The translations under genes were made by a program, and so were the position numbers. Under the pieces are notes generated by a model. That model saw only the letters and a list, made by a program, of their open reading frames with translations. It ran no database searches and had not been told where the DNA came from. Source: Gemmatimonadales bacterium (lineage in GTDB: Bacteria; Gemmatimonadota; Gemmatimonadetes; Gemmatimonadales; GWC2-71-9). From it: a stretch of 64,000 bases of DNA. Shown here piece by piece: positions 1 to 10,377 of the stretch. Position 1 is the first letter of the stretch. The number at the start of each line of letters is the position of its first letter. The stretch is from assembly GCA_038321865.1 (NCBI GenBank), contig JBBQFH010000003.1, positions 1-64,000 of the forward strand, given 5' to 3'.

Positions 1-92
1 AGGTTGAGCAGCCCGGCGAAGAGCAGGCCAAGCGCAAAGGCGAGGGCCACGAGCCCTCCGAACTTCAGCCAATTCAGCGAACGTGCCGACAT
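1..92 (-). CDS. 5' fragment of a membrane-anchored or exported protein, possibly an HtrA/DegP-like protease; runs off the window
   Basis: ATG at 92, reads MSARSLNWLKFGGLVALAFALGLLFAGLLN (hydrophobic N-terminus); product is a guess. Confidence 0.45.
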   Translation of the reverse strand, partial: MSARSLNWLKFGGLVALAFALGLLFAGLLN

Positions 93-235
93 GGAGCGTC
101 CTTCGACTTTCTGCCCGTTTGGGCCGTCGGAAGCCGGCGCGGAAGCGCCGGAGCCGGATACTCTAATCTAACGCAGATGCCCCGAACCCGGTTTCGGTCG
201 CGCCGGGCCGGGGCTCCGCCGTCCCTCGCTGCTGT

Positions 236-2155
236 CTACTTCTTGTCGTCTACGATCTCGTAGTCCGCCTCGACCACGTCGTCCGGACCCGGAGCCCCGC
301 TGCCTGCCTCGGCCCCGGGCTGGCCGGACTCGGTCGCGCTCTCCGACGTGCCGGCCTGGCTCTGGTACAGCGCCGCGCCCGCCGCCGAGTACGCGGCGTT
401 GAGCTCGTCGAGCGCCTTCCGGATGCCGTCGGCTTCGCCGGTCCGGAGCGCCTGCTTGCCGCTCTCGACCGCGGCATCGAGCCGGGTCTTGGCCTCGGCC
501 GGCAGCTTGTCCACCCATTCCTTGCTGTCCTTTTCGACCTTGTACACCAGGCCATCGAGCTGATTGCGGGCCTCGATCTGGTCGCGCCGCGCCTTGTCCT
601 CGGACGCGTTGGCCTCGGCTGCCTTCACCATCTTGTCGATGTCGCTGTCCGACAGACCGCTCGAGGCCTCGATCCGGATCTTCTGCTCCTTGCCGGTCGC
701 CTTGTCGCGGGCCGAGACGTGCAGGATGCCGTTGGCGTCGATGTCGAAGGTCACTTCGACCTGGGGCATGCCGCGCGGTGCCGGCGGGATGCCGGTCAGC
801 TGGAACTTGCCGATGGTGCGGTTGTCGACCGCCATCTGGCGCTCACCCTGGAGCACGTGGATCTCGACGGTGGTCTGGTTGTCCTCCGCCGTAGAAAACG
901 TCTCCGACTTCTTGGTTGGAATCGTGGTGTTCCGGGGGATCAGGACGGTCGTCACGCCGCCCAGCGTCTCGATGCCGAGCGAAAGGGGGATGACGTCGAG
1001 CAGCAGCACGTCCTTCACCTCGCCGCCGAGCACGCCGCCCTGGATCGCGGCGCCGATGGCGACGACCTCGTCCGGGTTGACCGAGCGGTTGGGCTCCTTG
1101 CCGAAGAACTCCTTCACGATCTCCTGGATCTTCGGGATACGGGTCGAGCCGCCGACCAGGATCACCTCGTCGATGCTCTTCGGGTCGAGTCCGGCATCCT
1201 TGAGCGCCTTCTGCATCGGCGGCAGCGTGCGCTGGATCAGGTCGTCCACCAGTTGCTCGAACTTGGCCCGGCTCAGCGAATAGTTCAGGTGCTTCGGCCC
1301 GCTCTGGTCGGCCGTAATGAACGGCAGGTTGATGTCCGTCTGCTGGGTGCTCGACAGTTCCATCTTCGCCTTCTCGCCGGCTTCCTTGAGGCGCTGGAGC
1401 GCCATCGGATCCTTGGAGAGGTCGATGCCCTGGTCGCGCTTGAACTCGGTGACCAGCCAATCGATGACGCGCTGGTCAAAGTCGTCGCCGCCCAGGTGGG
1501 TGTCGCCGTTGGTGCTCTTCACCTCGAAGACGCCTTCGGCCAGCTCCAGCACCGAGATGTCGTAGGTGCCGCCGCCGAGGTCGAACACCGCGATCTTCTC
1601 ATCCTTCTTCTTGTCGAGCCCGTACGCGAGTGCCGCGGCCGTCGGCTCGTTGATGATTCGCATGACCTCGAGGCCCGCGATCTTGCCGGCATCCTTGGTG
1701 GCCTGGCGCTGGGCGTCGTTGAAGTAGGCCGGCACGGTGATGACCGCCCGGTCCACCTTGGTGCCGAGATAGTCCTCGGCCGTCTGCTTCATCTTCTGCA
1801 GGATCATCGCGGAGATCTCGGGGGGCGAGTACTTCTTGCCCTGGATCTCGACGGTCGCGAGGCCGTTGGTGCCGTTCTCGGTCTTGTAGGGCACCCGGCC
1901 CGCCTCTTCCTTGACCTCTTCCATCCGCCGGCCCATGAACCGCTTGATCGAGAAGATCGTCTGCCGGGGGTTGGTCACTGCCTGGCGCTTGGCCACCTGG
2001 CCGACCAGGCGCTCGCCATCCTTGGTGAACGCGACGACCGACGGCGTGGTCCGTCCGCCTTCGGCGTTGGGGATGACGACGGGGTCTCCCCCCTCCATCA
2101 CGGCCACGACCGAGTTGGTCGTCCCGAGGTCGATGCCGATGATCTTGGAAGCCAT
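236..2155 (-). CDS. dnaK: Chaperone DnaK (Hsp70)
   Basis: [32 protein letters not shown] motifs; 639 aa. Confidence 0.99.
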   Translation of the reverse strand: MASKIIGIDLGTTNSVVAVMEGGDPVVIPNAEGGRTTPSVVAFTKDGERLVGQVAKRQAVTNPRQTIFSIKRFMGRRMEEVKEEAGRVPYKTENGTNGLATVEIQGKKYSPPEISAMILQKMKQTAEDYLGTKVDRAVITVPAYFNDAQRQATKDAGKIAGLEVMRIINEPTAAALAYGLDKKKDEKIAVFDLGGGTYDISVLELAEGVFEVKSTNGDTHLGGDDFDQRVIDWLVTEFKRDQGIDLSKDPMALQRLKEAGEKAKMELSSTQQTDINLPFITADQSGPKHLNYSLSRAKFEQLVDDLIQRTLPPMQKALKDAGLDPKSIDEVILVGGSTRIPKIQEIVKEFFGKEPNRSVNPDEVVAIGAAIQGGVLGGEVKDVLLLDVIPLSLGIETLGGVTTVLIPRNTTIPTKKSETFSTAEDNQTTVEIHVLQGERQMAVDNRTIGKFQLTGIPPAPRGMPQVEVTFDIDANGILHVSARDKATGKEQKIRIEASSGLSDSDIDKMVKAAEANASEDKARRDQIEARNQLDGLVYKVEKDSKEWVDKLPAEAKTRLDAAVESGKQALRTGEADGIRKALDELNAAYSAAGAALYQSQAGTSESATESGQPGAEAGSGAPGPDDVVEADYEIVDDKK

Positions 2156-2373
2156 GCCTGCTCCTCGTTGAGCGTAGAATTACTGCCGGAATCGCGCGCG
2201 AGACCGGAACCGCCACCGCTCAAAGCAAGCCACGTACCGGAAATATCTGCCGTTTTGACATAAAAACGGCGTGAGCAGAGTCACGGCGACGCAGTCTGGC
2301 TCAGCCTACAATCGGGTCAGCCTGACCGCAACGCCATCCGCTGCGCTGCTCGCGGCTTCACGAGGAGTACCCG

Positions 2374-2523
2374 ATGCTCTGGACGATTGTCGTAGTCCTG
2401 CTGGTCCTGTGGCTGCTCGGCGTCGTGTCGGCCTTCACGCTCGGCGGCTTCATTCACGTGCTGCTGGTGGTGGCCGTCGTCATCGCCATTCTCCAGCTGA
2501 TCCAGGGCCGCCGAGTGGTCTGA
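2374..2523 (+). CDS. Small membrane protein, lmo0937-like family
   Basis: GAGGAG RBS; MLWTIVVVLLVLWLLGVVSAFTLGGFIHVLLVVAVVIAILQLIQGRRVV (49 aa); below ORF-track cutoff. Confidence 0.85.
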   Translation: MLWTIVVVLLVLWLLGVVSAFTLGGFIHVLLVVAVVIAILQLIQGRRVV

Positions 2524-2537
2524 CGCGGCCGCCGTCC

Positions 2538-3674
2538 ATGCCAGCCGCTCCACGCCGCCGGGCCGCCCGGGGCCCGGATCCCGTTCGCTACGCGCTCGTC
2601 GGGCTGGGCCATATCTCCCAGGTCGCCGTGCTCCCGGCCTTTGCCCACGCCCGGGAGAACTCGGCCCTGACCGCCCTGATCTCCGATGACCCGGTGAAAC
2701 GGCGGACGCTCGGCCGTCGCTATGGCGTGAAGCACCTCTATTCCTATGACGAGTACGGAGAGGCGCTGGCCGGCGGGGAATTCGATGCCGTCTACATCGC
2801 GCTGCCGAATCACCTCCACCGTGACTACGCCGTGCGGGCGGCCGATGCCGGCATCCACGTGCTGTGCGAGAAGCCGCTGGCCCCGACCGAGGCCGACTGC
2901 TACGCCATGATCCACGCCGCCCAGCGGAACGACGTCCGGCTGATGACGGCGTACCGCCTCCATTTCGAGCCCGCCAACCTGAGCGCGATCGACCTGGTGC
3001 AGGCCGGCCGCCTGGGCGAGCCGCGCCTCTTCAACTCGACCTTCACCCTGCAGGTGAAGCCGGGGGACATCCGGCTCAACCCGCACGAGATGGGCGGTGG
3101 CGTGCTATACGATATCGGGATCTACTGCATCAACGCCGCGCGGAATCTGTTCCGGGCCGAGCCGGAGACGGTGTTCGCCACGGCGGTGCACGGCACCGAC
3201 GCGCGCTTCGCCGCGGTTGAAGAGTCGGTCAGCGCGGTGCTCACCTTCCCGGGCGACCGCTTGGCCAGCTTCGTGGCCAGTTTCGGCGCCAGCGACGTGG
3301 CGCACTATCGCGTCGTCGGCACCGAGGGTGACCTGGTGCTCGATCCGGCGTACGAATACGCCGGGGAAATCACCCGGACCCTCACGGTGGACGGCCGCTC
3401 GCGCGAGAAGACCTGGCCCAAGGCCGACCAGTTCGCACCGGAGCTGGTGAACTTCTCGCGCGCGGTTCGAGCCGGGACGGACCCCGAGGCATCGGGCCGG
3501 GAGGGGCTGTGCGACGTGCGCGTCATCCGTGCCCTCTACCGGTCGATCGAGGAGGGGGCGCCGATCCGGCTTCCGCCGTTCGAGAAGGCGGAGAGGCCCG
3601 GCAAGGCGCACGCGATGCACAAGCCGGGGGTGCGGAAGCCGAAGCTGGTCAACACCCAGCCGACCAGCGATTGA
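2538..3674 (+). CDS. Gfo/Idh/MocA family oxidoreductase
   Basis: YALVGLGHI, VYIALPNHLH, HVLCEKP, GGVLYDIGIY; start placed at ATG 2538. Confidence 0.95.
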   Translation: MPAAPRRRAARGPDPVRYALVGLGHISQVAVLPAFAHARENSALTALISDDPVKRRTLGRRYGVKHLYSYDEYGEALAGGEFDAVYIALPNHLHRDYAVRAADAGIHVLCEKPLAPTEADCYAMIHAAQRNDVRLMTAYRLHFEPANLSAIDLVQAGRLGEPRLFNSTFTLQVKPGDIRLNPHEMGGGVLYDIGIYCINAARNLFRAEPETVFATAVHGTDARFAAVEESVSAVLTFPGDRLASFVASFGASDVAHYRVVGTEGDLVLDPAYEYAGEITRTLTVDGRSREKTWPKADQFAPELVNFSRAVRAGTDPEASGREGLCDVRVIRALYRSIEEGAPIRLPPFEKAERPGKAHAMHKPGVRKPKLVNTQPTSD

Positions 3675-4633
3675 GTCCGCGGGCCCCGGCGCAGCCGGAC
3701 TGGATCGAGCCGATGCTCGCGACGCTCACCGCGGACCGGTTTTCCGATCCGCGCTGGGTGTTCGAGCCCAAGCTGGACGGGATCCGCTGCCTCGCCTTCG
3801 TGCGGCGAGGAGAGGTGCGCCTCCTGTCGCGGAACCGAAAGGAGCTGGGCGGGGCCTATCCCGAGGTCGTGGCCGCGCTGGGGGCGGCCGGCCGGGACAT
3901 GATTCTCGACGGCGAGGTCGTGGCGCTGACCAAGGGGGTCTCGAGCTTCCAGCTGCTGCAGCAGCGGAGCGGGCTTCGCGGCGACCAGGCCTCCCGGAGC
4001 CGGGTCCGCGTCCATTATTACATCTTCGACCTGCTGCACCTGGACGGACGCGATCTTCGCGGACTGCCCCTGACCGAGCGCCGGGCGCTGCTCCGCGACG
4101 CGCTCGAGGCCGGCGGCCCGCTGCGGCTCACCTCCCAGCGGAAAGGCGCCGGCGAGAAGTACTACGCCGATGCCTGCCGGCGGGGGCTCGAAGGGGTCAT
4201 CGCCAAGCGGGCCGACGCCCGCTACTCGGCCGGGCGGTCGGCCGACTGGCTCAAGTTCAAGTGCGTCAGCGGACAGGAGATGGTGATCGGCGGGTGGACC
4301 GATCCGCAGGGCAGCCGGACCGGGTTCGGGGCGCTGCTGGTGGGATATCATGACGGCGACCGCCTGCGCTACGCCGGCAAGGTGGGAACCGGCTATGATG
4401 ACGCCACGCTCAGGTCGCTGTCGGCGAAGCTGGAGCGGCTGAAACGGGCGAAGTCGCCGTTTGCGGACGCGCCGGCCATGAAGTCGGTCCACTGGGTGCA
4501 GCCGACGCTGGTGGCCCAGGTCGGCTTCCATGAGTGGACCAGCGGCGGCCTCCTGCGCCAGCCGCGGTTTCTCGGACTCCGGGACGACAAGCGCGCGGCC
4601 ACCGTAGTGCGGGAGCGACCCCGACCAGTCTGA
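3671..4633 (+). CDS. ATP-dependent DNA ligase (LigD/LigC-type ligase domain only)
   Basis: EPKLDGIR (adenylated Lys), LDGEVV, FDLL, EGVIAK, WLKFK, LRQPRFLGLRDDK; TTG start overlapping upstream stop is inferred. Confidence 0.93.
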   Translation: MSPRAPAQPDWIEPMLATLTADRFSDPRWVFEPKLDGIRCLAFVRRGEVRLLSRNRKELGGAYPEVVAALGAAGRDMILDGEVVALTKGVSSFQLLQQRSGLRGDQASRSRVRVHYYIFDLLHLDGRDLRGLPLTERRALLRDALEAGGPLRLTSQRKGAGEKYYADACRRGLEGVIAKRADARYSAGRSADWLKFKCVSGQEMVIGGWTDPQGSRTGFGALLVGYHDGDRLRYAGKVGTGYDDATLRSLSAKLERLKRAKSPFADAPAMKSVHWVQPTLVAQVGFHEWTSGGLLRQPRFLGLRDDKRAATVVRERPRPV

Positions 4634-4642
4634 GGAGAGGCC

Positions 4643-5383
4643 GTGTTTCCCTATCGCGACGACAATCCGAGCCTGGCCACCCCCTGGGTCACGATCCTGA
4701 TCATCGCGGTCACCACGGCGGCGTGGCTGCTGGTGCAGGGGATGGGGACCGAGCCCGCCCTGTCGCGCTCGGTCTGCGAGCTGGGGCTGATTCCGGGCGA
4801 GCTGCTGTCGCGGTTGCCGCCCGGCGCGACGCTCCAGATGACCCCGACCGCGCGCTGCGTGCTGGGGGAGGGGCCGTCGTGGTATACGCCGCTCACGTCG
4901 ATGTTCCTCCACGGGGGCTGGTTCCACCTGATCGGCAACATGTGGTTCCTCTGGCTCTTCGGAAACAACGTCGAGGACTCGATGGGCCGGGGGCGCTACC
5001 TGGCCTTCTATCTCCTGTGCGGGCTGGCCGCGGCGGCGGCGCAGACGCTGGCCCAGCCGTCGAGCCCGGTGCCGATGATCGGCGCGTCGGGGGCGATCAG
5101 CGGAGTGATGGGCGCCTACGTCATTCTCTATCCGCGGGTGCGGATCCACACCCTGATCGTGCTCGTCATCTTCTTCACCCGGGTGGAGCTGCCCGCCTGG
5201 GTGATGCTGGGCTACTGGTTTGCCCTCCAGCTGTTCAGCGGCGCCATGTCTTACGGCAACGACAAGGGCGGGGTGGCGTTCCTGGCGCACGTGGGCGGCT
5301 TCCTCGCCGGCGCGGTGCTGATCACCCTGTTCAAGCGTCCGGAACGGGTGGCCCAGCATCGTGCGCTGGCGCGCTCGATGTGA
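4643..5383 (+). CDS. Rhomboid family intramembrane serine protease
   Basis: SMFLHGGWFHLIGNM, GASGA, AFLAHVGGF. Confidence 0.95.
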   Translation: MFPYRDDNPSLATPWVTILIIAVTTAAWLLVQGMGTEPALSRSVCELGLIPGELLSRLPPGATLQMTPTARCVLGEGPSWYTPLTSMFLHGGWFHLIGNMWFLWLFGNNVEDSMGRGRYLAFYLLCGLAAAAAQTLAQPSSPVPMIGASGAISGVMGAYVILYPRVRIHTLIVLVIFFTRVELPAWVMLGYWFALQLFSGAMSYGNDKGGVAFLAHVGGFLAGAVLITLFKRPERVAQHRALARSM

Positions 5384-5465
5384 CCGGTGACATGGCGTCC
5401 GCCGGCCCCGCCGCCTAGGTTCCATTCTGCAGGGAACGCCCGAAGGGTTTTCGCTGTTCTGGCAG

Positions 5466-6611
5466 GTGCTGGGAACTGCTCACTGGAGGCACCACACGTC
5501 GACGCGTACTGTAACCTTCCCGAACCGTGATGCCGCCGGATTTGTGAAGGAGATGAAGCAGCGGGTGGCCGAGTATTTCGCATCCCGTGGCGGCCGCACC
5601 AAGGGCGACTGGCGGATGGTGGTCAAGACCATCACCCTCTTCGCGGTCCTGTTCGGCGCGTACGGGCTGATCCTGACCGGCTGGTTCTCCCCGCTCGGGA
5701 TGCTGGGCCTGACGATGGTGATGGGCGTGGGGATGGCCGGCATCGGCTTCAGCGTGGCGCACGATGCCCTGCACGGCGCCTACGCCGAGCGGGCGTGGGT
5801 CAACAAGGTGATGGGGTACAGCTTCGATTTGCTGGGCGCCAACGGGTACATGTGGAAGATCACCCACAACGTGGTCCACCATACCTACACCAACATCCAG
5901 GGCGTGGACGGCGACCTCGAAGTCTCGCCCTACCTTCGCCTCTCGCCCCGCTCGGCCTACCGTCCGATCCACCGCTACCAGCACTGGTACGCCTTCGCGG
6001 CCTACAGCCTGTCCACCCTGGTCTGGGTGCTGCTCAAGGACTACCGGTATTTCCTCCGCGGCGAGCTCGGACCCTACAAGGACAAGAAGCACGAGCCGGT
6101 CGAGTACGTCACGCTGATCGTCGCCAAGCTGGTCTACTACGGCTGGGCCATCGTGCTGCCGCTGGTGCTGCTGCATCTCGCCTGGTGGCAGGTGGCGATC
6201 GGGTTCCTCGTGTTCCACCTGACCGCCGGCATCATTCTCGGCATCATCTTCCAGCTGGCCCACGTGGTGGAGCAGACCGCGCACCCGCAGCCGGACGAGA
6301 CTGGTGCGATGGAGCACGCCTGGCTGCTGCACGAGCTGGAGACCACAGCCGATTTCGGCCAGCAGAATCACCTGCTCACCTGGTACGTGGGCGGGCTCAA
6401 CTACCAGATCGAGCACCATCTCTTCCCCAAGGTGTGCAGCGTCCACTACCCGGCGATCAGCGTCATCATCCGGGAGCTGGCCCAGAAGTACGGGATGCCA
6501 TACCACAACAACCGCACGCTCAGGTCGGCCATCGCCTCGCATCTCAAGGTGCTGCGGATCCTGGGCACGGGCGCCACGGAAATCCCCGCGCCGGTCGAAG
6601 CGGCCGCCTGA
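5466..6611 (+). CDS. Membrane fatty acid (acyl-CoA) desaturase
   Basis: His boxes HDALH, HNVVHH, QIEHH; start uncertain. Confidence 0.93.
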   Translation: MLGTAHWRHHTSTRTVTFPNRDAAGFVKEMKQRVAEYFASRGGRTKGDWRMVVKTITLFAVLFGAYGLILTGWFSPLGMLGLTMVMGVGMAGIGFSVAHDALHGAYAERAWVNKVMGYSFDLLGANGYMWKITHNVVHHTYTNIQGVDGDLEVSPYLRLSPRSAYRPIHRYQHWYAFAAYSLSTLVWVLLKDYRYFLRGELGPYKDKKHEPVEYVTLIVAKLVYYGWAIVLPLVLLHLAWWQVAIGFLVFHLTAGIILGIIFQLAHVVEQTAHPQPDETGAMEHAWLLHELETTADFGQQNHLLTWYVGGLNYQIEHHLFPKVCSVHYPAISVIIRELAQKYGMPYHNNRTLRSAIASHLKVLRILGTGATEIPAPVEAAA

Positions 6612-6652
6612 ATCGGCTGGCGGCTCCCGCCGCCGGCCGGGTATCTTGGGAG

Positions 6653-7666
6653 ATGGCCAGGCCCACCGAACACCAGCGCCCGACCTCCCCAGGAAGCCGG
6701 GCGCTCGACATTCCCGTCGCTCCCCGCAATCCCGGCATGCCGCTCGAGCTCGACTGGGTGCGCGAGGTGCGGATCAACCGGAGCGCCGTCGAGCGGCGCG
6801 CCGCCGCCCTCGGCGCCCGCCGTACGGTCAAGAAGGAATGGCAGGCCGCCTGGCTGCTCCGCGCCGTCACCCTGATGGACCTCACGACGCTCGCGGGCGA
6901 CGACACCGCCGGCCGGGTCCGCCGTCTATGCGCCAAGGCGCGGCACCCGGTGCGGGCCGACATCCTCGAGGCACTGGGCGCCGAATCGCTTCCGATCCGG
7001 GTGGCGGCCGTCTGCGTCTACCACACGATGGTCGAGACCGCCGTCGCGGCGCTTCGGGGATCGGGGATTCCCGTCGCCGCGGTCTCGACCGGCTTTCCCG
7101 CCGGTCTCTCGCCGCTGGAACAGCGCATCGCGGAGATCCGCGCGTCGGTGGCCGCCGGTGCCGACGAGATCGACATCGTCATCACCCGCGGCCACGTGCT
7201 CACCGGCAACTGGACCGCGCTCTACGACGAGGTCCGCGCCTTTCGCGAGGCCTGCGGCGACGCCCACATCAAGACGATTCTCGGCACCGGCGAGCTGGGC
7301 ACCCTGCGGAACGTCGCGCGGGCGAGCCTGGTCTGCATGATGGCGGGCGCCGACTTCATCAAGACCTCGACCGGCAAGGAAGGGGTCAACGCCGTGCTGC
7401 CGGTGGGTCTCGTCATGGTCCGGCAGATCCGTGACTACCTGGAGCGCACCGGCCATCTGGTCGGCTTCAAGCCCGCCGGCGGGATCCGGACCGCGAAGGA
7501 GTCGCTCGACTGGCTCGGCATGATGAAGGAGGAGCTGGGCGACCGGTGGCTCCGGCCCGAGCTCTTCCGCTTCGGCGCCAGCTCCCTGCTCACCGACATC
7601 GAGCGCCAGCTCGAGTACTACGCGACCGGCCGGTACTCCGCCGCCTATCGTCATCCGATGGCCTGA
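6653..7666 (+). CDS. deoC: Deoxyribose-phosphate aldolase (long type)
   Basis: MDLTTL, GADEIDIVI, GADFIKTSTGK, GFKPAGG, RFGASSLL. Confidence 0.96.
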   Translation: MARPTEHQRPTSPGSRALDIPVAPRNPGMPLELDWVREVRINRSAVERRAAALGARRTVKKEWQAAWLLRAVTLMDLTTLAGDDTAGRVRRLCAKARHPVRADILEALGAESLPIRVAAVCVYHTMVETAVAALRGSGIPVAAVSTGFPAGLSPLEQRIAEIRASVAAGADEIDIVITRGHVLTGNWTALYDEVRAFREACGDAHIKTILGTGELGTLRNVARASLVCMMAGADFIKTSTGKEGVNAVLPVGLVMVRQIRDYLERTGHLVGFKPAGGIRTAKESLDWLGMMKEELGDRWLRPELFRFGASSLLTDIERQLEYYATGRYSAAYRHPMA

Positions 7667-7676
7667 GGACACGCCC

Positions 7677-10079
7677 ATGGCTTCGATCCCCGAGATCTTC
7701 GAGACGATGGCGTACGGCCCCGCGCCGGAGGCGGCCGCGCCCGCGCTCCAGTGGCTGAGCGAGCGCGGCGGCGAGATGCAGCTCTTCATCGGCGGGCGCT
7801 GGGTCAGGCCGGCGGACGGCGAGTACTTCGATTCGACCAACCCGGCGACGGGGAAGGTGCTGGCGCGGGTGGTCCAGGCGGGCGAGGCGGAGGTGAACGC
7901 CGCCGTCACCGCGGCGCGCGCGGCGCAGGCGGCGTGGTGGGAGGCGGGCGGCCATGTGCGCGCGCGCTATCTCTATGCGCTCGCCCGCCAGGTGCAGAAG
8001 CACTCGCGGCTCTTCGCGGTGCTGGAGACGCTGGACAACGGGAAGCCGATCCGGGAGTCGCGCGACATCGACATCCCGCTGGTGGCCCGGCACTTCTATC
8101 ACCACGCCGGCTGGGCCCAGCTGATGGACCGCGAGCTGCCGGGCCGGGTGCCGGTGGGCGTGGTCGGGCAGATCATTCCGTGGAACTTCCCGCTCCTGAT
8201 GCTGGCGTGGAAGATCGCGCCGGCGATCGCGATGGGAAATACCGTCGTGCTCAAGCCGGCGGAGTTCACATCGCTGACGGCGCTGCTGTTCGCGCAGATC
8301 TGCGCGGACGCCGGGCTGCCGGCGGGCGTGGTGAACGTGATCACCGGCGATGGCCGCACCGGCGAGCTGCTGGTGAAGCACCCCGACGTGGACAAGATCG
8401 CGTTCACCGGCTCGACCGACGTCGGCCGCCTGATCCGCGTGGCGACTGCAGGCACCGGCAAGAAGCTGTCGCTGGAGCTGGGCGGGAAGTCGCCGTTCGT
8501 GGTGTTCGAGGACGCCGATCTCGACAGCGTGGTAGAGGGCGTGGTCGACGCGATCTGGTTCAACCAGGGGCAGGTCTGCTGCGCCGGCTCGCGCATTCTG
8601 GCGCAGGAGGGGGTGAGCGAGCGGCTCATCGCCAAGCTGCGGGCGCGGATGGAGACGCTCCGCGTGGGCAACCCGCTGGACAAGGCGGTGGACATCGGCG
8701 CCATCATCGCACCGGTGCAGCTGGAGAAGATCCAGCAGCTGGTGCAGCAGGGACAGGATGAGGGTGCGACGATGTGGCAGCCGTCGTGGAGCTGCCCGAC
8801 CGAGGGCTGCTTCTATCCGCCGACACTCTTCACCGACGTGGCGCCGTCGGCGACGATCGCGCAGGTCGAGATCTTCGGGCCGGTGGTCGTGATGATGACG
8901 TTCCGGACGCCGGACGAGGCGGTCGAGCTCGCCAACAACACCCGCTACGGCCTCGCGGCGAGCGTCTGGAGCGAGAGCGTGAACCTCGCGCTCGACGTGG
9001 CGCCGAAGCTCAAGGCCGGCACGGTGTGGATCAACTGCACCAACGTCTTCGATGCGGCGTCGGGGTTCGGCGGCTATCGCGAGAGCGGGTTCGGGCGCGA
9101 GGGCGGGCGCGAAGGGCTACGGGAATACGTGAAGTATGCATGGGACAAGGGCGCGGCCGTCGAGGCCGCCGCGCCGGCCAATCCGGCAAAGGCGACGAAA
9201 CCCGCCGCGCCGCCGGCCGCCGCTCCGGCGGGCGGACCGCCGCCGATCGACCGCACCGCCAAGCTCTACATCGGCGGCAAGCAGGCGCGGGCCGATTCGG
9301 GGTACAGCGTGGCGCTCACCGGTGCCGGCGGCGGCCGGATCGGCGAGGTGGGGAAGGGCAACCGGAAGGACATCCGCAACGCCGTCGAGGCGGCGCACAA
9401 GGCGAGCGCGTGGAGCCGGAGCACCGGGCACAATCGCGCTCAAATTCTCTACTACATCGCGGAGAATCTCGCCGCGCGGGCGGACGACTTCACCCGCCGC
9501 CTGGCCGAGCTCGGCGCCGCTGACGGCGCGGCGGAAGTCGAGGCGTCGATCCGGCGCATCTACACCTACGCCGCCTGGGCCGACAAGTGGGACGGCGCCG
9601 TCCACCACACGCCGTTCCGGAACGTGACCCTCGCCATGCCCGAGCCGCTCGGCGTGATCGGCGTGGTCTGTCCCGAGGCGCGTCCGCTGCTCGGCTTCGT
9701 GTCGACCGTGATGCCGGCGATCGCCCTCGGGAACGCGGTGGTTGCGATCCCGTCGGAGCGCGGTGCGCTGGCGATCACCGATCTCTACCAGGTCTTCGAT
9801 ACGTCGGACGTTCCCGCCGGCGTGATCAACATCGTCACTGGCCCGCGGGACGAGCTGTCCGCCGTCCTGGCGGCACACGATGACGTGGACGGGCTCTGGC
9901 ACTTCGGGTCGCGCGAAGGTGCGGCGGAAGTGGAGCGGCTGGCGGCGGGGAACATGAAGCGGACGTGGGTGAGCTACGGGCGGGGGCGGGACTGGAATGA
10001 CGCCGAGCAAGGCGAGGGCGAGGAGTTTCTGGAGCACGCGACGCAGGTGAAGAATATCTGGGTGCCGTATGGGGAGTGA
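7677..10079 (+). CDS. Two-domain aldehyde dehydrogenase (ALDH16-like), coupled to deoC
   Basis: IIPWNFP, FTGST, LELGGKS, GQVCCAG, EIFGP plus second ALDH-like domain; 800 aa. Confidence 0.94.
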   Translation: MASIPEIFETMAYGPAPEAAAPALQWLSERGGEMQLFIGGRWVRPADGEYFDSTNPATGKVLARVVQAGEAEVNAAVTAARAAQAAWWEAGGHVRARYLYALARQVQKHSRLFAVLETLDNGKPIRESRDIDIPLVARHFYHHAGWAQLMDRELPGRVPVGVVGQIIPWNFPLLMLAWKIAPAIAMGNTVVLKPAEFTSLTALLFAQICADAGLPAGVVNVITGDGRTGELLVKHPDVDKIAFTGSTDVGRLIRVATAGTGKKLSLELGGKSPFVVFEDADLDSVVEGVVDAIWFNQGQVCCAGSRILAQEGVSERLIAKLRARMETLRVGNPLDKAVDIGAIIAPVQLEKIQQLVQQGQDEGATMWQPSWSCPTEGCFYPPTLFTDVAPSATIAQVEIFGPVVVMMTFRTPDEAVELANNTRYGLAASVWSESVNLALDVAPKLKAGTVWINCTNVFDAASGFGGYRESGFGREGGREGLREYVKYAWDKGAAVEAAAPANPAKATKPAAPPAAAPAGGPPPIDRTAKLYIGGKQARADSGYSVALTGAGGGRIGEVGKGNRKDIRNAVEAAHKASAWSRSTGHNRAQILYYIAENLAARADDFTRRLAELGAADGAAEVEASIRRIYTYAAWADKWDGAVHHTPFRNVTLAMPEPLGVIGVVCPEARPLLGFVSTVMPAIALGNAVVAIPSERGALAITDLYQVFDTSDVPAGVINIVTGPRDELSAVLAAHDDVDGLWHFGSREGAAEVERLAAGNMKRTWVSYGRGRDWNDAEQGEGEEFLEHATQVKNIWVPYGE

Positions 10080-10309
10080 CGAAGTGGCGGGCGAGTTGAA
10101 TAACAGCCCGGCCCGCGCACGGATTGTGACGCGCTGCAATCGACCTCTGAGGCTCGCCTAGCCCTGAAACTGCCGCGGCTTATTGGCAACCAATTAACCT
10201 CGCTTGCGCGGCCTATTTCTCGGTCGACCTGCGCAGACCGGCCGTTGGCCGAGCGATGGTCGAGATCGGTTGCGGACGCGCCACCTTGTGAGAGTGCCAC
10301 TCACAAGCC

Positions 10310-10327
10310 GCCTATCTCGCATTAGGC
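10310..10327 (+). other. attI-like site heading the upstream cassette array
   Basis: GCCTATC-TCGC-ATTAGGC; TTAGGCGGT is the reverse complement of the end of the first cassette (ACCGCCTAA); resembles 53231-53248; no attC left arm upstream. Confidence 0.65.
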
Positions 10328-10377
10328 GGTTGTCGACGTCCCGTCAGCAGTCGAGGTGTCGCTAAATCGGAGGATGC

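Noticed and set aside
93..235. Structured RNA or terminator downstream of dnaK
   Set aside because: GC-rich stems are possible, but I see no U-tract or recognisable RNA family motif.
719..2263. Long antisense or alternative-frame ORFs (e.g. 719-2263, 3536-5425, 31663-33438, 46873-48513, 51212-52285)
   Set aside because: Shadows of real genes in high-GC DNA; Arg/Gly/His-rich with no recognisable motifs.
3671..4633. Complete NHEJ system
   Set aside because: Ligase domain only; no Ku, polymerase or phosphoesterase domain in the window.
10287..10305. CRP site (TGTGA...TCACA)
   Set aside because: Spacer is 9 bp rather than 6; kept only as an inverted repeat.
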